The notes: generated by a model from the sequence alone, not told the origin. A DNA stretch of 64,000 nt from Zootoca vivipara (GCF_963506605.1 NC_083277.1:44578001-44642000), one strand, 5' to 3'; positions 12,083 through 25,414 are shown, counted from the stretch's first letter. A program made the numbers and translations.

Positions 12083-13435
12083 TCCAATGGACTGTTTTAG
12101 GCTGCAGATATATGACTACTGCTCAAACTGGATCTCATGTCTATATTGTTGTATGCATTTCATACCGTCATTTCAGTTTTAATTAAAGGATTATGGTAAT
12201 AAGTCTTATTTGGAGTGGCAGTGCTGATCAACTGCTCCCCCCTTCTTTCAATTTATTTTCCCTGGAGGCGCTTCATTCTTCTTTGTTATACACCTAAATT
12301 CTATTTAGCATTTCTAGTATATATTTTTTGGGGGGGGGGGGTTGGAGGCAAAGCAGTGTAGTCATGTTTTTTTTCTAGAAGCCATGTGTAAAATGAGATG
12401 CATTTTGGCTCTGTCATTATCACACATAACAGAAATTCCCCAAGTCCCTCTGGCCTATTCATTAGATTTGTCAGAGCACTCATCACACAGCCCTCTGTAG
12501 TAAGCATAAATAATGATGATGTACATTGGTCGAGTCTGCCATTTGTATTATCCTGCTCTTTGAAAATACACTCAACTGTAAAGATGAAAAACATTGCATT
12601 ATTATTTGCCTACATTGTTCTCCTCTAGACCATTACTGCACAGCACATTGTAGTGCATCATTTTTTATACTTATAACTCCAAGTGTGTGAAAAGCTAGAT
12701 TAAATATACAATTTGAGGTGTTTTACAACAGCTGGACATTTGCTTTTATGCTTCTAAAAAACCTTGTTCACCTCTGCTCTTGCTGGCTTATACATGGTCC
12801 TCCAGTACTTAAGACCTCTTCTAAGAATTATCGAAAGGAGAAAATGTATAGAACACTACTTCTGCCCTAATTAATCTGCAGAAAAAGAGTGAGAGGGGGG
12901 GAGGGAGGGGGAGATATAAATAGATTCAGATAAATGCCAGCATGTGGTAGCAGGGGGTGAGGGGGGGAAGAGGGAAACCCCTAAAAATCAGCTGGAGGAA
13001 CCTTCCATGAGCAGAGATCCCACTCATGGAAGGTGCCTTCATCCATTTTTCTCCCATCTCTTCTGACACTCAGGAGAAGTTTTTTGGGATCCAATCAAAG
13101 CTTTTACTGATAGAATGTGAGCTGAAGACATAACATGCAGAGGTAGCCAACATAGTGCCTGCACTTCAGGTGCTTCTCGACTGCAACTGCCGTCAGCCCT
13201 GACCATTGTCCATGCTGGCTAGAGCTGTTGAAGTCCAACATCTGGAGAGCATGGTGTTAGCTACCCCTGTGTTAAGTAAATATAAGCTAAATGTTCCTCA
13301 ATGTATTTCTTGTACAAATTCCCATACCATTCAAGTCCAAACGTTACATAAGTAACAATTTTAAACAGTTCATTTTTGAAAGCAGATTTGGTGACACATT
13401 AATGAGAAAAGTGCTAGGCTTATTTTTGGGGTATG

Positions 13436-13524
13436 TGCAAGACAGGAGTGCGTGGCGTGCTATGGTCCATGGGGTCATGAAGAGTCGGACACGACTAAAC
13501 GGCTAAACAACAACAACAACAACA
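13436..13524 (+). mobile_element. Bov-B LINE extreme 3' fragment
   Basis: GTGCAAGACAGGAGTGCGTGGCGTGCTATGGTCCATGGGGTCA...ACACGACTAAAC followed by (CAA)n. Confidence 0.85.
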
Positions 13525-15439
13525 TTTGTGCTGTGGCATTATGATGTTCAGAATGAGGTTGTAATTCTATTCACATATACCTGGGAGTAAGTCCCATTGC
13601 ACTCAATAGAACCTACATTTTGGTAAGTATTTATAGGCTTGTACTATCAAATCGCCTCTTTTTTATTTTATACTAATTCAGAGTTTTGGGGGGACTGTCA
13701 GCATGAATATAAAAATGGCTTTGCCAGTTGGTGCAGGGTAAAAACTGCCTGTAAATGCATGCCTTGTGGCAAAACAATGGAAAACCTAACACCCAATAGT
13801 TAACCATCATGAGTTATTATATTGTTACAAGCCACACCAATCTCTGAGCGGTGAGGAGATATTCTAGAGGTTCTAGGCACTTATCTAGGATTCAGTTTCT
13901 TTGGAATGAAGGCCAACAGAGACTGTGGTGTCTTTAGACTATATGGTTTTATTTACACATATCTACAAACTGAGTATAAGATGGAGGGGCTTACGGCATT
14001 AACACCCCAACAGATTTTGTTTCTATTAAACACAGGTTTGGATCCAGCACAGGGCAAGCATGTCTCTGCAGCCAGCTTCCAGCCTGATTTCAGCTTGGCT
14101 CCCCTCTCCAAACTCTCCCTTGCTATTGTTCTTCTACCCAGCAGCTAGATAGTGGTGGGGAGGCACACACATTAATGCTATAACACAGAGCAACTTCTTT
14201 GGTTATGCTAATCATGGTGCTTGATGACTCAGCCACAACCATTGCCTAGAAGGGATGGCTTTGGTAAACTTGCTTTCATACTTTCTAGCCCCATAGATAA
14301 AGGAACCCAAGGACTGGAAGAGACTGACCCATGCATCATGCAGACAGATGCTCCAAACTCTCAACATCCATTTCTCTGCATGTGTGTGTAAATCTGAGTA
14401 TAATCATTCTTGTACTGATTGAGAGGGCCACTATTAAATGATAGTTGAGAGCTCTTCTATTGCAGGTAATGGAAATACTACAGTGGATACAGATGCGTTT
14501 TGTTGACTACAAGCCCAAACAGTTAAGTTCCAAGAATACAAGTTTAGCCAAGTATATAACGAATAAGATCTTTGCCCCATTGAAGTCAACAGGGTGCCCT
14601 AGTTTTCACTGAAAGGAGCGTATATACTTATTTGATTCAAATATTAATTGCATGTGTTGAGGGTACTACAGAGGCCCCCTGACTGATAGTCACCTGCTTG
14701 ACTTCACTTGATGGGGCAACCAGAGCTTAAGGTTCAGGACCCATCCATCAGCCAAAGGAATGAGAAGCACAAACGGCTATTCAACCATGAACATCAGCAA
14801 GGAAAGAGCATCATTGCCCCCACTGCTTTTAGTTTGCCTGCTTTCAGTTTGTCATTTTGCTCTCCCCTTCCTTCTCTTTTTAGTTTATAAGCCTAATAGC
14901 AGAGCCTTCCTCTGTTTATTTTCATTGATGTGATCAGCTCTGGAAGACAATAATTGTCTGGAAATCTGAACCAATATGTGGAACTAAATGAGAGTGCTCT
15001 GCAGAAAGCGGTAGAGCTGATAACTATGAGTATCCATTGTTTTGGGTGCCAATTGTGGTCGACTATACTTTTAAGCTGCCCCATAGTTTATCTGTCCCTG
15101 CAGAATTCTAGATTCTGAGTGATCTGGAAATGCCTGGAGCTGATGGATGTCTCTATTGTTCTGGACGTGCCTGGAGCCAAGCCTGAAGTTCACTGAAAAC
15201 CATTTGGATGCCTTTCAAATTAATAATGAAGGTGTCTTTGCTTATCCACTTTGCTTTCCAGAAGTATTTACAATAGAGGAAGAGGCAGCAATTGCCATCT
15301 GAAGTGGCATATGCCATAACCAAGTTAAAACTTGCTTAATGTTGGCTAAAAGTATCATATAACCAACATGCTTATGTCTAATTAATGCATGAAGCGATTG
15401 ATGCCATAGAGTATGCTGTCCTGTCAGGCTTAGCTAGGA

Positions 15440-15529
15440 CCTAGCTGCCAAGTTTTCCCTTTTCTCGCGAGGAAGCCTATTCAGCATAATGGAATTTCCC
15501 TTAAAAAAAGGGAGAACTTGGCAGCTATG
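15440..15529. mobile_element. 90-bp hAT MITE, inverted relative to 22211 and 31771
   Basis: TIR C(C/A)TAGCTGCCAAGTT. TSD AGCTAGGA/AGCTAGGT (7 of 8 match). Confidence 0.88.
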
Positions 15530-16150
15530 AGCTAGGTGACCTTGGGAGGAAGGGAAGCCTATTGTTCCCCTTCAGTCTACCTGAGATACTCAAAGTGTGA
15601 GGTCTGAGCTGATTTCTCCAAGCTCCGACCACATGGCTCTAACAAGGTTTTCTTGAGATTCTATACCAATAATTTACAGGCTTACTTTCACTGCTGTAAC
15701 TAAGCCAAGCTGTACTGACTGTGTGTTCTGACTGGTGTATGGAAAAGCATATGAACCTAACCTTTGAAGAGTTTGTAAGTAAACCACTTTTTAACTTACC
15801 AAACTTGTGGTCCTTTCTATGTAAGGGGAAGAAGGGAACTTTGGAAGGAAGTTACAAGGACCTATTTTAAAGGTCTTAACAGCCTATATTTCCACACTTT
15901 ACTTTCCTGCATATTTTGTGATTTTAAATCTCTCCTGGGGTTCTCTTACCAAAGAGTATTTGCACCAAACCTGGATCTTGGCGTCCAAGGAATTCTCCTT
16001 TTTACATACCTATGTTTTCCTTGCCACCAACAGTTAAACCCATTGAAATCAGTGGAACTTCAGCATGCAGAAATGGGCATATCCCAGCAGGACATTATTT
16101 GTACCCTATAGATTAGGTTGGATGGAGAAAGTGTGACTGGCCCATGAAAG

Positions 16151-16849
16151 GTTACAGGTAGGTAGCCGTGTTGGTCTGGGTCGAAGTAAAATAAAAAAAA
16201 TCCTTCAGTAGCACCTTAAAGACCAACTAAGTTTTTATTTTGGTATGAGCTTTCGTGTGCATGCACACTTCTTCAGATACAGTGAAATAGAAGTCCCCAG
16301 GCACTTATGTAGAGAAGGGGTGGGGAGGGGTGGGGATGGGGAGGGGAGGGGGGATCACTCAGAAGGGTGGTGGAAGTGGGTGATTGACTGACTGATAGCT
16401 GTTGATGACCGAAAACGACTGCAAATGGTTTTGCATGAAAAAGCAAGGGTTGAGATGGCTGAAGACCGCTTATCATGTATAATGAGATAAGAATCCGATA
16501 TCTCTGTTCAAACCAGGTCCCTCCATGGTTTTAAGCTTGGTGATAAGTTGTAATTCAGCAACTTCTCTTTCCAGTCTATTTCTGAAATTCTTTTGTAGTA
16601 AGACAGCTGCTTTGAGATCTTGTATAGAATGTCCTGGGAGATTGAAGTGTTCTCCTACTGGTTTTTCTGTCTTCTGGTTCCTGATGTCAGATTTATGTCC
16701 ATTTATCCTTTGGCGTAGGGTTTGGCCTGTTTGTCCAATATAGAGAGCTGAAGGGCACTGTTGGCATTTGATGGCATACACAATGTTAAAAGATGAGCAA
16801 TTAAATAGTCCTGAGATGGTATGTTGGATGTTGTTGGGGCCAGTAATGA
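16151..16849 (-). mobile_element. Penelope-like retroelement, 5'-truncated, with GIY-YIG endonuclease domain and terminal repeat
   Basis: Open frame to the stop at 16473: C..NIVYAIKCQQCPSALYIGQTGQTLRQRINGHKSDI...HFNLPGHS...E...GLN. Exact 13-bp TSD TGGCCCATGAAAG at 16138-16150 and 16850-16862. Confidence 0.92.
16243..16280 (-). ncRNA. Minimal type-I hammerhead ribozyme motif in the Penelope terminal repeat
   Basis: Minus strand reads GUAU-CUGAAGA-A-GUGUG-CAUG-CACAC-GAAA-GC-UC-AUAC. It has stem I GUAU/AUAC, the CUGANGA and GAAA boxes, a 5-bp stem II, a palindromic AGCU vestigial stem III and a UC cleavage site. Confidence 0.8.
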
Positions 16850-16881
16850 TGGCCCATGAAAGAATTCCATCTACAGAGGAC

Positions 16882-16937
16882 AAATTTAGGGAAGGGCCAA
16901 TATTTGTCAAAATTTAGGGAAGGGCCAATATTTGTCA
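16882..16937. repeat. Perfect 28-bp tandem duplication
   Basis: AAATTTAGGGAAGGGCCAATATTTGTCA x2. Confidence 0.9.
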
Positions 16938-19101
16938 TAATGTTCTATTGAACATGAGGTGGCATAATACATTATGTGAATAAACAAAGCCTATGGTTAT
17001 TAACCCATCACAAACCTGCCATTCTACCACTCGTTTAAAAGGTATAAAGCTGATCTTTGGATAACATAAGCCACCCCTCTGTACTGTGCAGCTTCCATTT
17101 TGATGTGACTCAAAGAACTCTCACCCACCCCCATTTTGTTGGATCCTGCAAACACTCACTTAAACCAATGAGGCACTGTAGGGCACACATTTTCTAAAAA
17201 AAAAACAATTTGCCATTTTATTTCTAATGCATACTGTGAATGTGTCACTAACAAATAACTGCAAGTAATAACAGAGAGGTGAAGGCATATTTAGGGTCCA
17301 GCCTCAAGTCACTTTTCCTGGTCATGCCGTTTTATAGCTTTTCCCGCAGTGGTTTGGTTGTATTTTTTCTCAGCGGAGCATTTTAATGTTTGGATTTCAG
17401 AACCTGACTTCTGCATGCGTCTGCATCGCAGGGGGCTATGAGACTAATTTAACTAATGTTTGCTTGGCGACTTGAGAGCCTTAAAAGAAGGTGTTATTGA
17501 AATGTTAAGCCTCATTATAATTTAGTGTTATGAACTCAGAAACCTCTATCCATGTGGTTGCTATTAACACAAGTATTACTATTATTTTAAGGAGTAGGGA
17601 TATTATAGATGTTAATTTAACCACATTCATGATTTGAACCCTTTTTGCAGCATACTCATTTGTGTATTTTATTCCAAACACCTGTGCTATACATTGAACG
17701 GCAGCCAGAAGATTATTTTATGATGCAACCAAAATAAATATCACTGGAGAATGTTGACTAACAGTGGGCCTTGTTATGCACAGGATTTTTCCAATTTTCC
17801 CTAAAGCAAGAGGAAAAGACTCTCACAGATGGTTAGAATCTCCCTGCAGCATTTTAATTTGGTGTTTGCCACTGTTTGTTCTGCACAAGGCCTTCAGGAA
17901 TTCATTCATTCATTTTCATCACAGTCTCGAGGACCACCTGAAACTGCTCTGTGGACCACAGTTTCACAGTTTCTGCTTTAGCGCTTCCAATGGCCTTTCA
18001 GAGCATAAGAGAATCAAAATTTTAACAATGTATATGAGAAGGGAATTTAGAGCATTTTCCTCCTGTACATAAACACAGGCTTTCAAGGGAAGCTCCTTTA
18101 AAAGGAGACATTTGACCTTGGCAAATCACTGTGCTGTGGTGCTGTTAAATCTCACAGGGAAAAATTGCCTATTTTCCTTACTGTTAATTTCTCAATATAG
18201 CAGATACATCTAAATTTAGACTTAGGGAGTTATTGAACTTCCTCTGAAAAAAGGTAACTGAAGCTATGCCAGCACCTGGAGCCAATCCCTGTCTCTTCAT
18301 CTTTTCTCTCCCAAGTCTCTTGATTTAGTAGAATACTGATGCAACTGATTTAAATTGACCTTGCTCCATTTCATGAGGAAAAGCTGAGTTTTGCCATTGG
18401 TGTTCACTGCTTGGTGGCAGTCAACATTTGAGAAGTAAAGAATGGCCAGGTGTACTCGTGGGAATGATAGCAATTAATATTTTTCAGCAGCAAATCTCCT
18501 CCATATCTTGAGATTATTAGCTAAATGTTGCAAGTTCAGTTATGTGTATGTGTATTGCACTGTCTTCATATATTTTATGAAAAGTGTGGATTATAAATAA
18601 ATAAATAGCAAAGGCTGACAAGTCTTGTTTCCAATCACTGTCACCACTATCCTCGTAAATTGTTGTCGGGCCAAAAGTTGGAGCCATTGAGTTGGAGCCA
18701 AATTTTCCATTCCACTCGTGGAAGGAACTTCTGTTCACAGAAGCCTTCAAAGTGGAGACCTTTATTCCAGTCAGTATAGCTTTGAGCGGGGAGGCTCCAT
18801 CCCACTTCGCCACCTGGGGAAAACAGGAATATGCTGCCTTCTTCCCTGTTGCCACTGTGCCCTACCTGCCACACCACTTCCACCACAAGGCCTTGGTGCT
18901 TGGCTTCTCTGCCTTGGGGGTGGGGAAGAGGAGCAGCAATGCTGCACACTAGAAGGCCCCTCAACCTCACTGAACTTAGTCAGGGGGGCCAGTCCGCAAG
19001 GCCTTGGCATTCATCTTCTCTACAACTGGGGCAAAGAAAGAAGAGCAGCAATGTCGCGCACCAAAACATCCCGCTCTTGCAGAAACTCAGTGAGAGTGGA
19101 G

Positions 19102-19435
19102 CATTCCAGTGGTGTCCCTATTTTCCAGGGACATCCCTTATTTACAGAAGCCATCCCAGTTTCTGACTTGATCCCGGAATGTCCTTAGGACGTCCCTTTT
19201 TTCATTGGAGAAATGTTGGAGGGTAGGGAGTTATCCAACCCCCAAGCCGTCTGAAGGCAATCCTGTATAGGGAAGTTTTTAAAATGTTTAATGTTTTATT
19301 ATGTTTTTATATATGTTGGAAGCTGCCCAGAGTGGCTGGGGCAACCCAGTAATATGTGTGGGGTATAAATCGTAAAATTATCATTAATGGAATGGGACGT
19401 TCCTGTTTTCATTGGAAAAATGTTGGAGGGTGTGT
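19102..19435. mobile_element. Composite repeat: MITE-like element carrying an L2-like 3' tail, copy 1
   Basis: Collinear with 37774-38082. The central part matches the L2 tail at 7412-7545. TTCATTGG(A/AA)AAATGTTGGAGGGT-like sequence occurs on both sides of that tail. Confidence 0.65.
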
Positions 19436-20244
19436 GGGGCTGGGGGGATATTGCCTCTTCTGCTTTTGCTGCCTGAGGCAGATGGTTCACCCCACCTTAT
19501 GGGTGAGCAGACTCTGGCCTCTAACTTTCCTTAAAAGCATCACAACCATAAGGAAAAATGAGTTCGGTACTAGAGGTGTTGCTGATGGGAGCAGAGGCTT
19601 AAGAGGAACATATTTATTATTATTATTATTATTTCTGGGCTCACAGATTTCTGGGCACACTAACACATCCATTGGTGCTGCCGTTCCCTTTCAGTATGTT
19701 ACATAGTGACCTCTAAAGATATTTTCCTCACAAAGACACCATGGGTGTCCAATATTCTCTATCACCCAGGGGAAATAATCCAGCAAACTTGAACGTCACA
19801 CCACTTGGGAGGCAGAAAGGAAAACCCCAGGCAAGAAAGACTCAGACATTTTGCTTACATGGTTCCAATATTCAAACTAATTCCAAAGTCAGTGATGTGA
19901 ATCACCCCACAGGGAAGTGGTTCCCACCTTGGTGTGTGTAAATGTGTCCCAACACACCTTATATTCAAAAGACGAAAGCTTTTAGATCAAACTTTCCCAA
20001 ACTGGTCCAGGGACCACCAGTGATCCATGAGCTTCATTCACCCATGGATTTGTGGTTGAAGATGGGAGACCAGCAGATCCATCACATTAAATATTCCTGT
20101 TGATTCGTACTGGCATTTTATTGATTGGTTGATTTAACTATATTTATTTAACTATATTCTGCACTTTTCATAAAATGTATTAAGGTGGCTTACAATACAG
20201 GCAGCTCCCCATTTGCGTGCATTCAATATGTGCATGAGCAGGAG

Positions 20245-20389
20245 CAGTGCTTTTTTCTGGGGGGATGCAGGGGGATGCATACCCCTAAACCTTTTGTGAA
20301 TCTGAGTTTGGCCTCATTGAGGGGCAGTATTTCAATATGAGTAGGAAAATGAGAGTACCCCTAAACATTTTTTAATAAAAAAAGCACCG
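20245..20389. mobile_element. Short TIR element (CAGTGCTTTTTTT...AAAAAAAGCACCG), apparently nested in older repeats
   Basis: Imperfect 13-bp TIRs. Internal repeat TACCCCTAAAC x2. Confidence 0.65.
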
Positions 20390-21962
20390 TGCATCAAACC
20401 GAACTCAGAATTGATCCAGTAACGACATTAAGACATCACTGAAATATAACTAAAAGGGCAGAATGGGGTGTTTGGAGGCTTTTTTCAATGGTTTCAATTA
20501 TACACAATTTCACTGATGCGTGGTGTCTCAAAGTGTAACCCCCACGTAAAATCAGTCTATAAACATCCATAGAACATACTCAATAAAGCTCAAAATATTG
20601 ATTTTTTTGTTCTTTATATTGTATTTTAGTTTTAATTCTGTGGAATTTGAATAATAATATTAATATGCCACAATATATAACAAATAATAAATACAATATA
20701 TAATAAAATTAAAATACACTTAAAATTCATGCAGCAACTAGCCCAGGACACTACAATAGCTACAACGGATAGAAGCATCATTAAGTGATTTGCAAATTTC
20801 AAGTGCTCCTTAGAGAGAAAGGGTTTGGGAACCACTATTTTAAACAGTTTTGAAGTTCTTTTGCTCCATTCACTATGCTTATTGGGGGGGGGAATCTACT
20901 TGAACATCAAGAATATTTAAAAAATAAGAAAACTCAAGAATAAAGCTAAAAATAAAATAAATGAAATAAGTTATACAGAAACAAAAGGGAAAGTAACTTT
21001 TGACTGGACAGTGGATTTGCAGCAACATTAAAAATATCTCTTTTGTGGGCCATTGGGTAGGGGGGGAAATGGAATACCAGCTGCAGTTCCCGAACTGTTT
21101 TTCAAAGGCCGCCTCATGTAGAATGCATGGCAGTATTCTAACCTGGAGGTTACCAGACGATAGGCAACTAAAGCCAGGCCACCCGCTTCCAAATAGGACT
21201 GCAGCTGGCCTGCTAAGGGAGGAATTCTATAAGACCCTTGAAGCACATAATTGGCCTGGCTCTATCTGTGGACACACCCAAGTGTACTGTGGTCCATCCC
21301 AGGCATCTCTAGACTTGAACAAAATTTCAGAATCAAATTTTGTACAGCTGCAATGACATATAAAGCTACTTGCATGTTTCTTTTGGAAACGACTGTCTGC
21401 TCCACACAACTTAATACAGCATATCAAAAATCTAAGCTATTTTAGGGAGTTTCTCATAACCTCCCGCTAAGAGATTCTGTTAGAGATGCAAGACGTAAGC
21501 ATGCTTTTAGCACCATCATTGCACAGCATTTAGATGAGTGTTGATAGTGCTTTGGTGCTGATTAAGGCTCTTTTGCTTTCAATGGACCATAGTCCATTAT
21601 ATGCACTTGAATATGAAATCCTTGCTTTATTTCACAGCATTATAACTCCCCCCCTTTATATATTCTTCTTCGGGTGACAGCAGCAACAACAACAACAACA
21701 ACAACAACACACAGTTAATTTAGAACTAAGCAGAAGCTAACTTGATGCCAAATTTATCTAATTGTCCCAGTGGAAATGTTAGCAGGTCAGCTTTTGTAAG
21801 AGGTCACCTGGAGACAAATTAGTTAGAAGACCGGGGGGGGGGGTTCAGCTATTGATTAGGGAGAAAACCTATTGGCATATATGTATTAGGCTCCTTATTT
21901 GTCAACTGGGCTTTAAATCCAGTAATGAATGGGTATAAATTGGCAAGAATTTCAATAACCTG

Positions 21963-22182
21963 TCCCTGGAAAAGACCCTGATGTTGGGAAAGATGGAGGG
22001 CACTAGGAGAAGGGGACGACAGAGGACGAGATGGTTGGACAGTGTTCTCGAAGCTACAAACATGAGTCTGACCAAACTGCGGGAGGCAGTGCAAGACAGG
22101 AGTGCCTGGCGTGCTATGGTCCATGGGGTCATGAAGAGTCGGACACGACTAAACGACTAAACAACAACAACAACAACAACAA
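21963..22182 (+). mobile_element. Bov-B LINE 3' fragment
   Basis: CTGGAAAAGACCCTGATGTTGGGAAAGATGGAGGGC... followed by a (CAA)n tail. Confidence 0.92.
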
Positions 22183-22210
22183 GGTGTCCATGTTGAATCT
22201 CACCTCTTCC

Positions 22211-22300
22211 CATAGCTGCCAAGTTATCCCTTTTTTACAGGGATTTTCCCTTATGCTGAATAGGCTTCCTCGCGAGAAAAGGGAAAACTTGGCAGCTATG
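22211..22300. mobile_element. 90-bp hAT MITE
   Basis: 15-bp TIR CATAGCTGCCAAGTT. Exact TSD CCTCTTCC at 22203-22210 and 22301-22308. Confidence 0.92.
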
Positions 22301-25113
22301 CCTCTTCCATGTGACCTTGCTAGTTGGCTTTCCTGACAAGCATTGTGTCTTGAAAATCCTGAATGTAAGGTATGCGATGAACCTCTTAAATAAATAAATA
22401 AATGTTTGAGCATCTGGCCACTAGTGGTCATAACTGTTTTCTAATGTAATGTAAAGAGATGTTGTTGGATAAAAAGTCATGGTGACCCCTTGTGGGCATC
22501 CTGATCCTCTTTTTCTTTAAGTTGATCACCTGATTGTACTTATCATTTTTATTGTTTCTTCTGCTTAATTACCTCTGCATTCTTCAGTCCATGGCCCAGA
22601 TAATGTTTAGGTATTAGACACAAACACAGTTAATAAGAGAGAGAGGTTACCTAAAGCAGCCCCACTGACTTGTATTTTAATCGCTTCTCTAATCATAGCA
22701 ACTAAACATTCATCACAAAGCAGCACATTGTAACACTTTTACATTTTTGTTTGTTTGCAATGGATAAATCAGGGTAAAGGTTCTTAAAATAAAATAAAAT
22801 TGCACAAGTTTTACAGGAAAAAAACAACATTTCACCCCAACCCACAACTAAGCACTCATCACATCTAGTCAACCCTTCATGTCTGGCATGGAGTTCAGAG
22901 CCAGGATGGGTTCAGAGACAGCTTGCCATAGACTGTACAGCTGCAAGCACCTTTCCCACATTTAAGTTGTCAGATAACAGGACTGGAGAAGATGCTTGCC
23001 TGAGATGCTAGGAAAGAGTTGCTGTCAATCAGAGCAGAAAATACTAGATGGGCCAGTGGTCCGACTCAGTAGAAGGCAGCTTTATATGATCATAAATAAT
23101 AAACTGTCAATCTTCCTAAACTGCATATCACCAAGATTTCTTTTTTTAAAAAGGCTATCAAGCTGATACTCATTTTTAACTTCATTTATATTGGACATAT
23201 TCATTTATTCCTGAGATAATTCACAGAAAACTGCCTTGTAACTATAGCAACTGTTTCTGAGACGGCAGAGATACAAAAATGTCAATACATCAGTGGGATA
23301 TTCATTTATTCATGTATTATTTCTTAATCAAATATTAAAATAAGATACTGCAAAGCAAGCACCTGCCTTATCTAGTGGTTAATGAAGCAAGATACATGAC
23401 TATCGGTGAAATTATATACATGCCAACTCAGATGTAAGCTCCATTGAGTTCAATGGGGCATGCTCCCAGATAAATATGTGTAGACTGCAACCTGAAGCTT
23501 TAGAAAAGAATACAGTATGCCATTCTGATTGGGGGGGGAGTCAGTAATAGGTAATTCAATAATTCCCAGGAAATATAATATGAAAACAAAGACAAATGTG
23601 GACATCACTAATTACTTTGGGGCAAGAAATGTAGAATGTATGGCTAATTTCTATTGAGCATATAAATGAGCACGTAAACAGTGGCAATTGTGTGCATTCA
23701 GACTGAGGCATTGGCCCGGTTAGTCACCCTATGCAGGGTCCAAAGGTTCCTGATTATGCTGTCAATCTATGCAAGTTCCCTGACATCACTTGGAGTCTTA
23801 CATGTTGATTAGGCAAATGCTGTTTTTTTGCACCCTTTCTCCCTGTGAATGTTTGCAGTATTTGTGGAGATTCTCCATTCATTTCATACGAACGTATATG
23901 CAAGCAAGTTCTGCAAAACAGTGAAAAATGTAGGGCATGAAATAGATGTCTGCATTTCCTTGCTTTGAGTGGCTTAAGTATTTTTTTGCTTTCCTAGTCA
24001 TTCATGTGTGGTCGCTCGTGTTTAAAAAATTGAACAGTCTGTTGCTGAGATACAGCTACAATCAACGGTGGCGTTAACTTTCGGGGCTTGTTCATTTTGC
24101 TCTTGCATTTGGTTGCAATTTCTTCAGTAAATACAAGGTTGCAAAAATTAAGTTTGTGTGTCTGTGTAATTCTTCATCAGTGATACTTTTAACCAGGATC
24201 CTTATTTCACTTTGGGGTTTTTTTGGGGGGGGGGATTCAATGTAGCTCTATGGCAATTGTTTGGTCAACACAATCATTTCTGCCTGCCAGACAGAATGAT
24301 CCCCGCCTCCTACCCCTGTGTGGTTCTGGGGGTGCTCCTAGCCCCCCACAAGACAATTGGGGGTGCATGGGGGAACCCTTGTTGCGTTAACGAAAGTCCT
24401 TGTGCAGGCTTCTGCTAGCAGAATCTGCCCTGTTATTTTTATTCTCTGCTGCACCCCCCCCCCTTGCTTGAACTTCCTTGCTGTGCTCAGATACTACTTG
24501 CAAGGTGAAAGCAGAAAGTGCATTACTGCTAATATGAGCTATCTTTCTATCATTCAAATGTTGTTATTTTCTACTGCTATTTCCTATAATGTTTCTTCTT
24601 AATGGATGGAGAAATAGGGAGTCTGTCAGAGCATCTAATTGTTTTTAACTTTTGCTCTTATTCTGTTCCTTTCCAGGGATGTGTAAAAGCATCTTTCTCT
24701 GAGAGAAATTGGTCTCGCAGCAGTTCTTACGCTCTGAGAGGCATTATTGTATATGCAAGTATAGATCAAAGATCTGGAATGGGCTACCTCACATCCCACA
24801 GATATGGGTGATTTTTCTGGAAAAACCAGTAACTAAAGTGTGCTAACTTTCAGGGTTAGATTCATCAAGACTTACAGTGCAATCCTAGGCATGTCTACTC
24901 ACAATGTATATAGCATTGAAATGTTCATTATATTTTTCATAAATGGATATGTGTTTTAATGATTGATCATTTAATGACTTTAAAATGTTATAATGTTTAT
25001 ATAATCAACTTGAGTTATTTGTTGGATTGTCTTGTGTTTTGAAATCATTTAGTATTTGTTATTCTAATGATTTATTGATTTGCCTTTTTCTGTTGTGAGC
25101 CACTTTGAGCATA

Positions 25114-25346
25114 CAGTGGTACTTCGGGTTACAAACACTTCAGGTTAGAAACGCTTCAGGTTACAGACTCTGCTAAACCAGAAATAGTACCTCGGGTTAA
25201 GAACTTTGCTTCAGAATGAGAACAGAAATCTCACGACGGCGGCACAGCAGCAGCAGGAGGCCCCATTAGCTAAAGTGGTACCTCAGGTTAAGAACAGTTT
25301 CAGGTTAAGAACGGACCTCCGGAATGAATTAAGTGGAACCAGAGGT
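25114..25346. mobile_element. pogo/Tigger-like MITE, same family as 3662-3865
   Basis: TA|CAGTGGTACTTCGGGTTACA terminus and a shared body. Confidence 0.75.
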
Positions 25347-25371
25347 TTTTGTCTGGCAATGTGGTGTATAA

Positions 25372-25372
<1 letters not shown>

Positions 25373-25413
<41 letters not shown>
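25373..25413. repeat. (GTT)n microsatellite
   Basis: About 13 units. Confidence 0.95.

Positions 25414-25414
<1 letters not shown>

Noticed and set aside
16473-16910. GIY-YIG ORF as a domesticated host gene
   Set aside because: The first ~20 codons come from flanking DNA beyond the TSD. It is a 5'-truncated retroelement.
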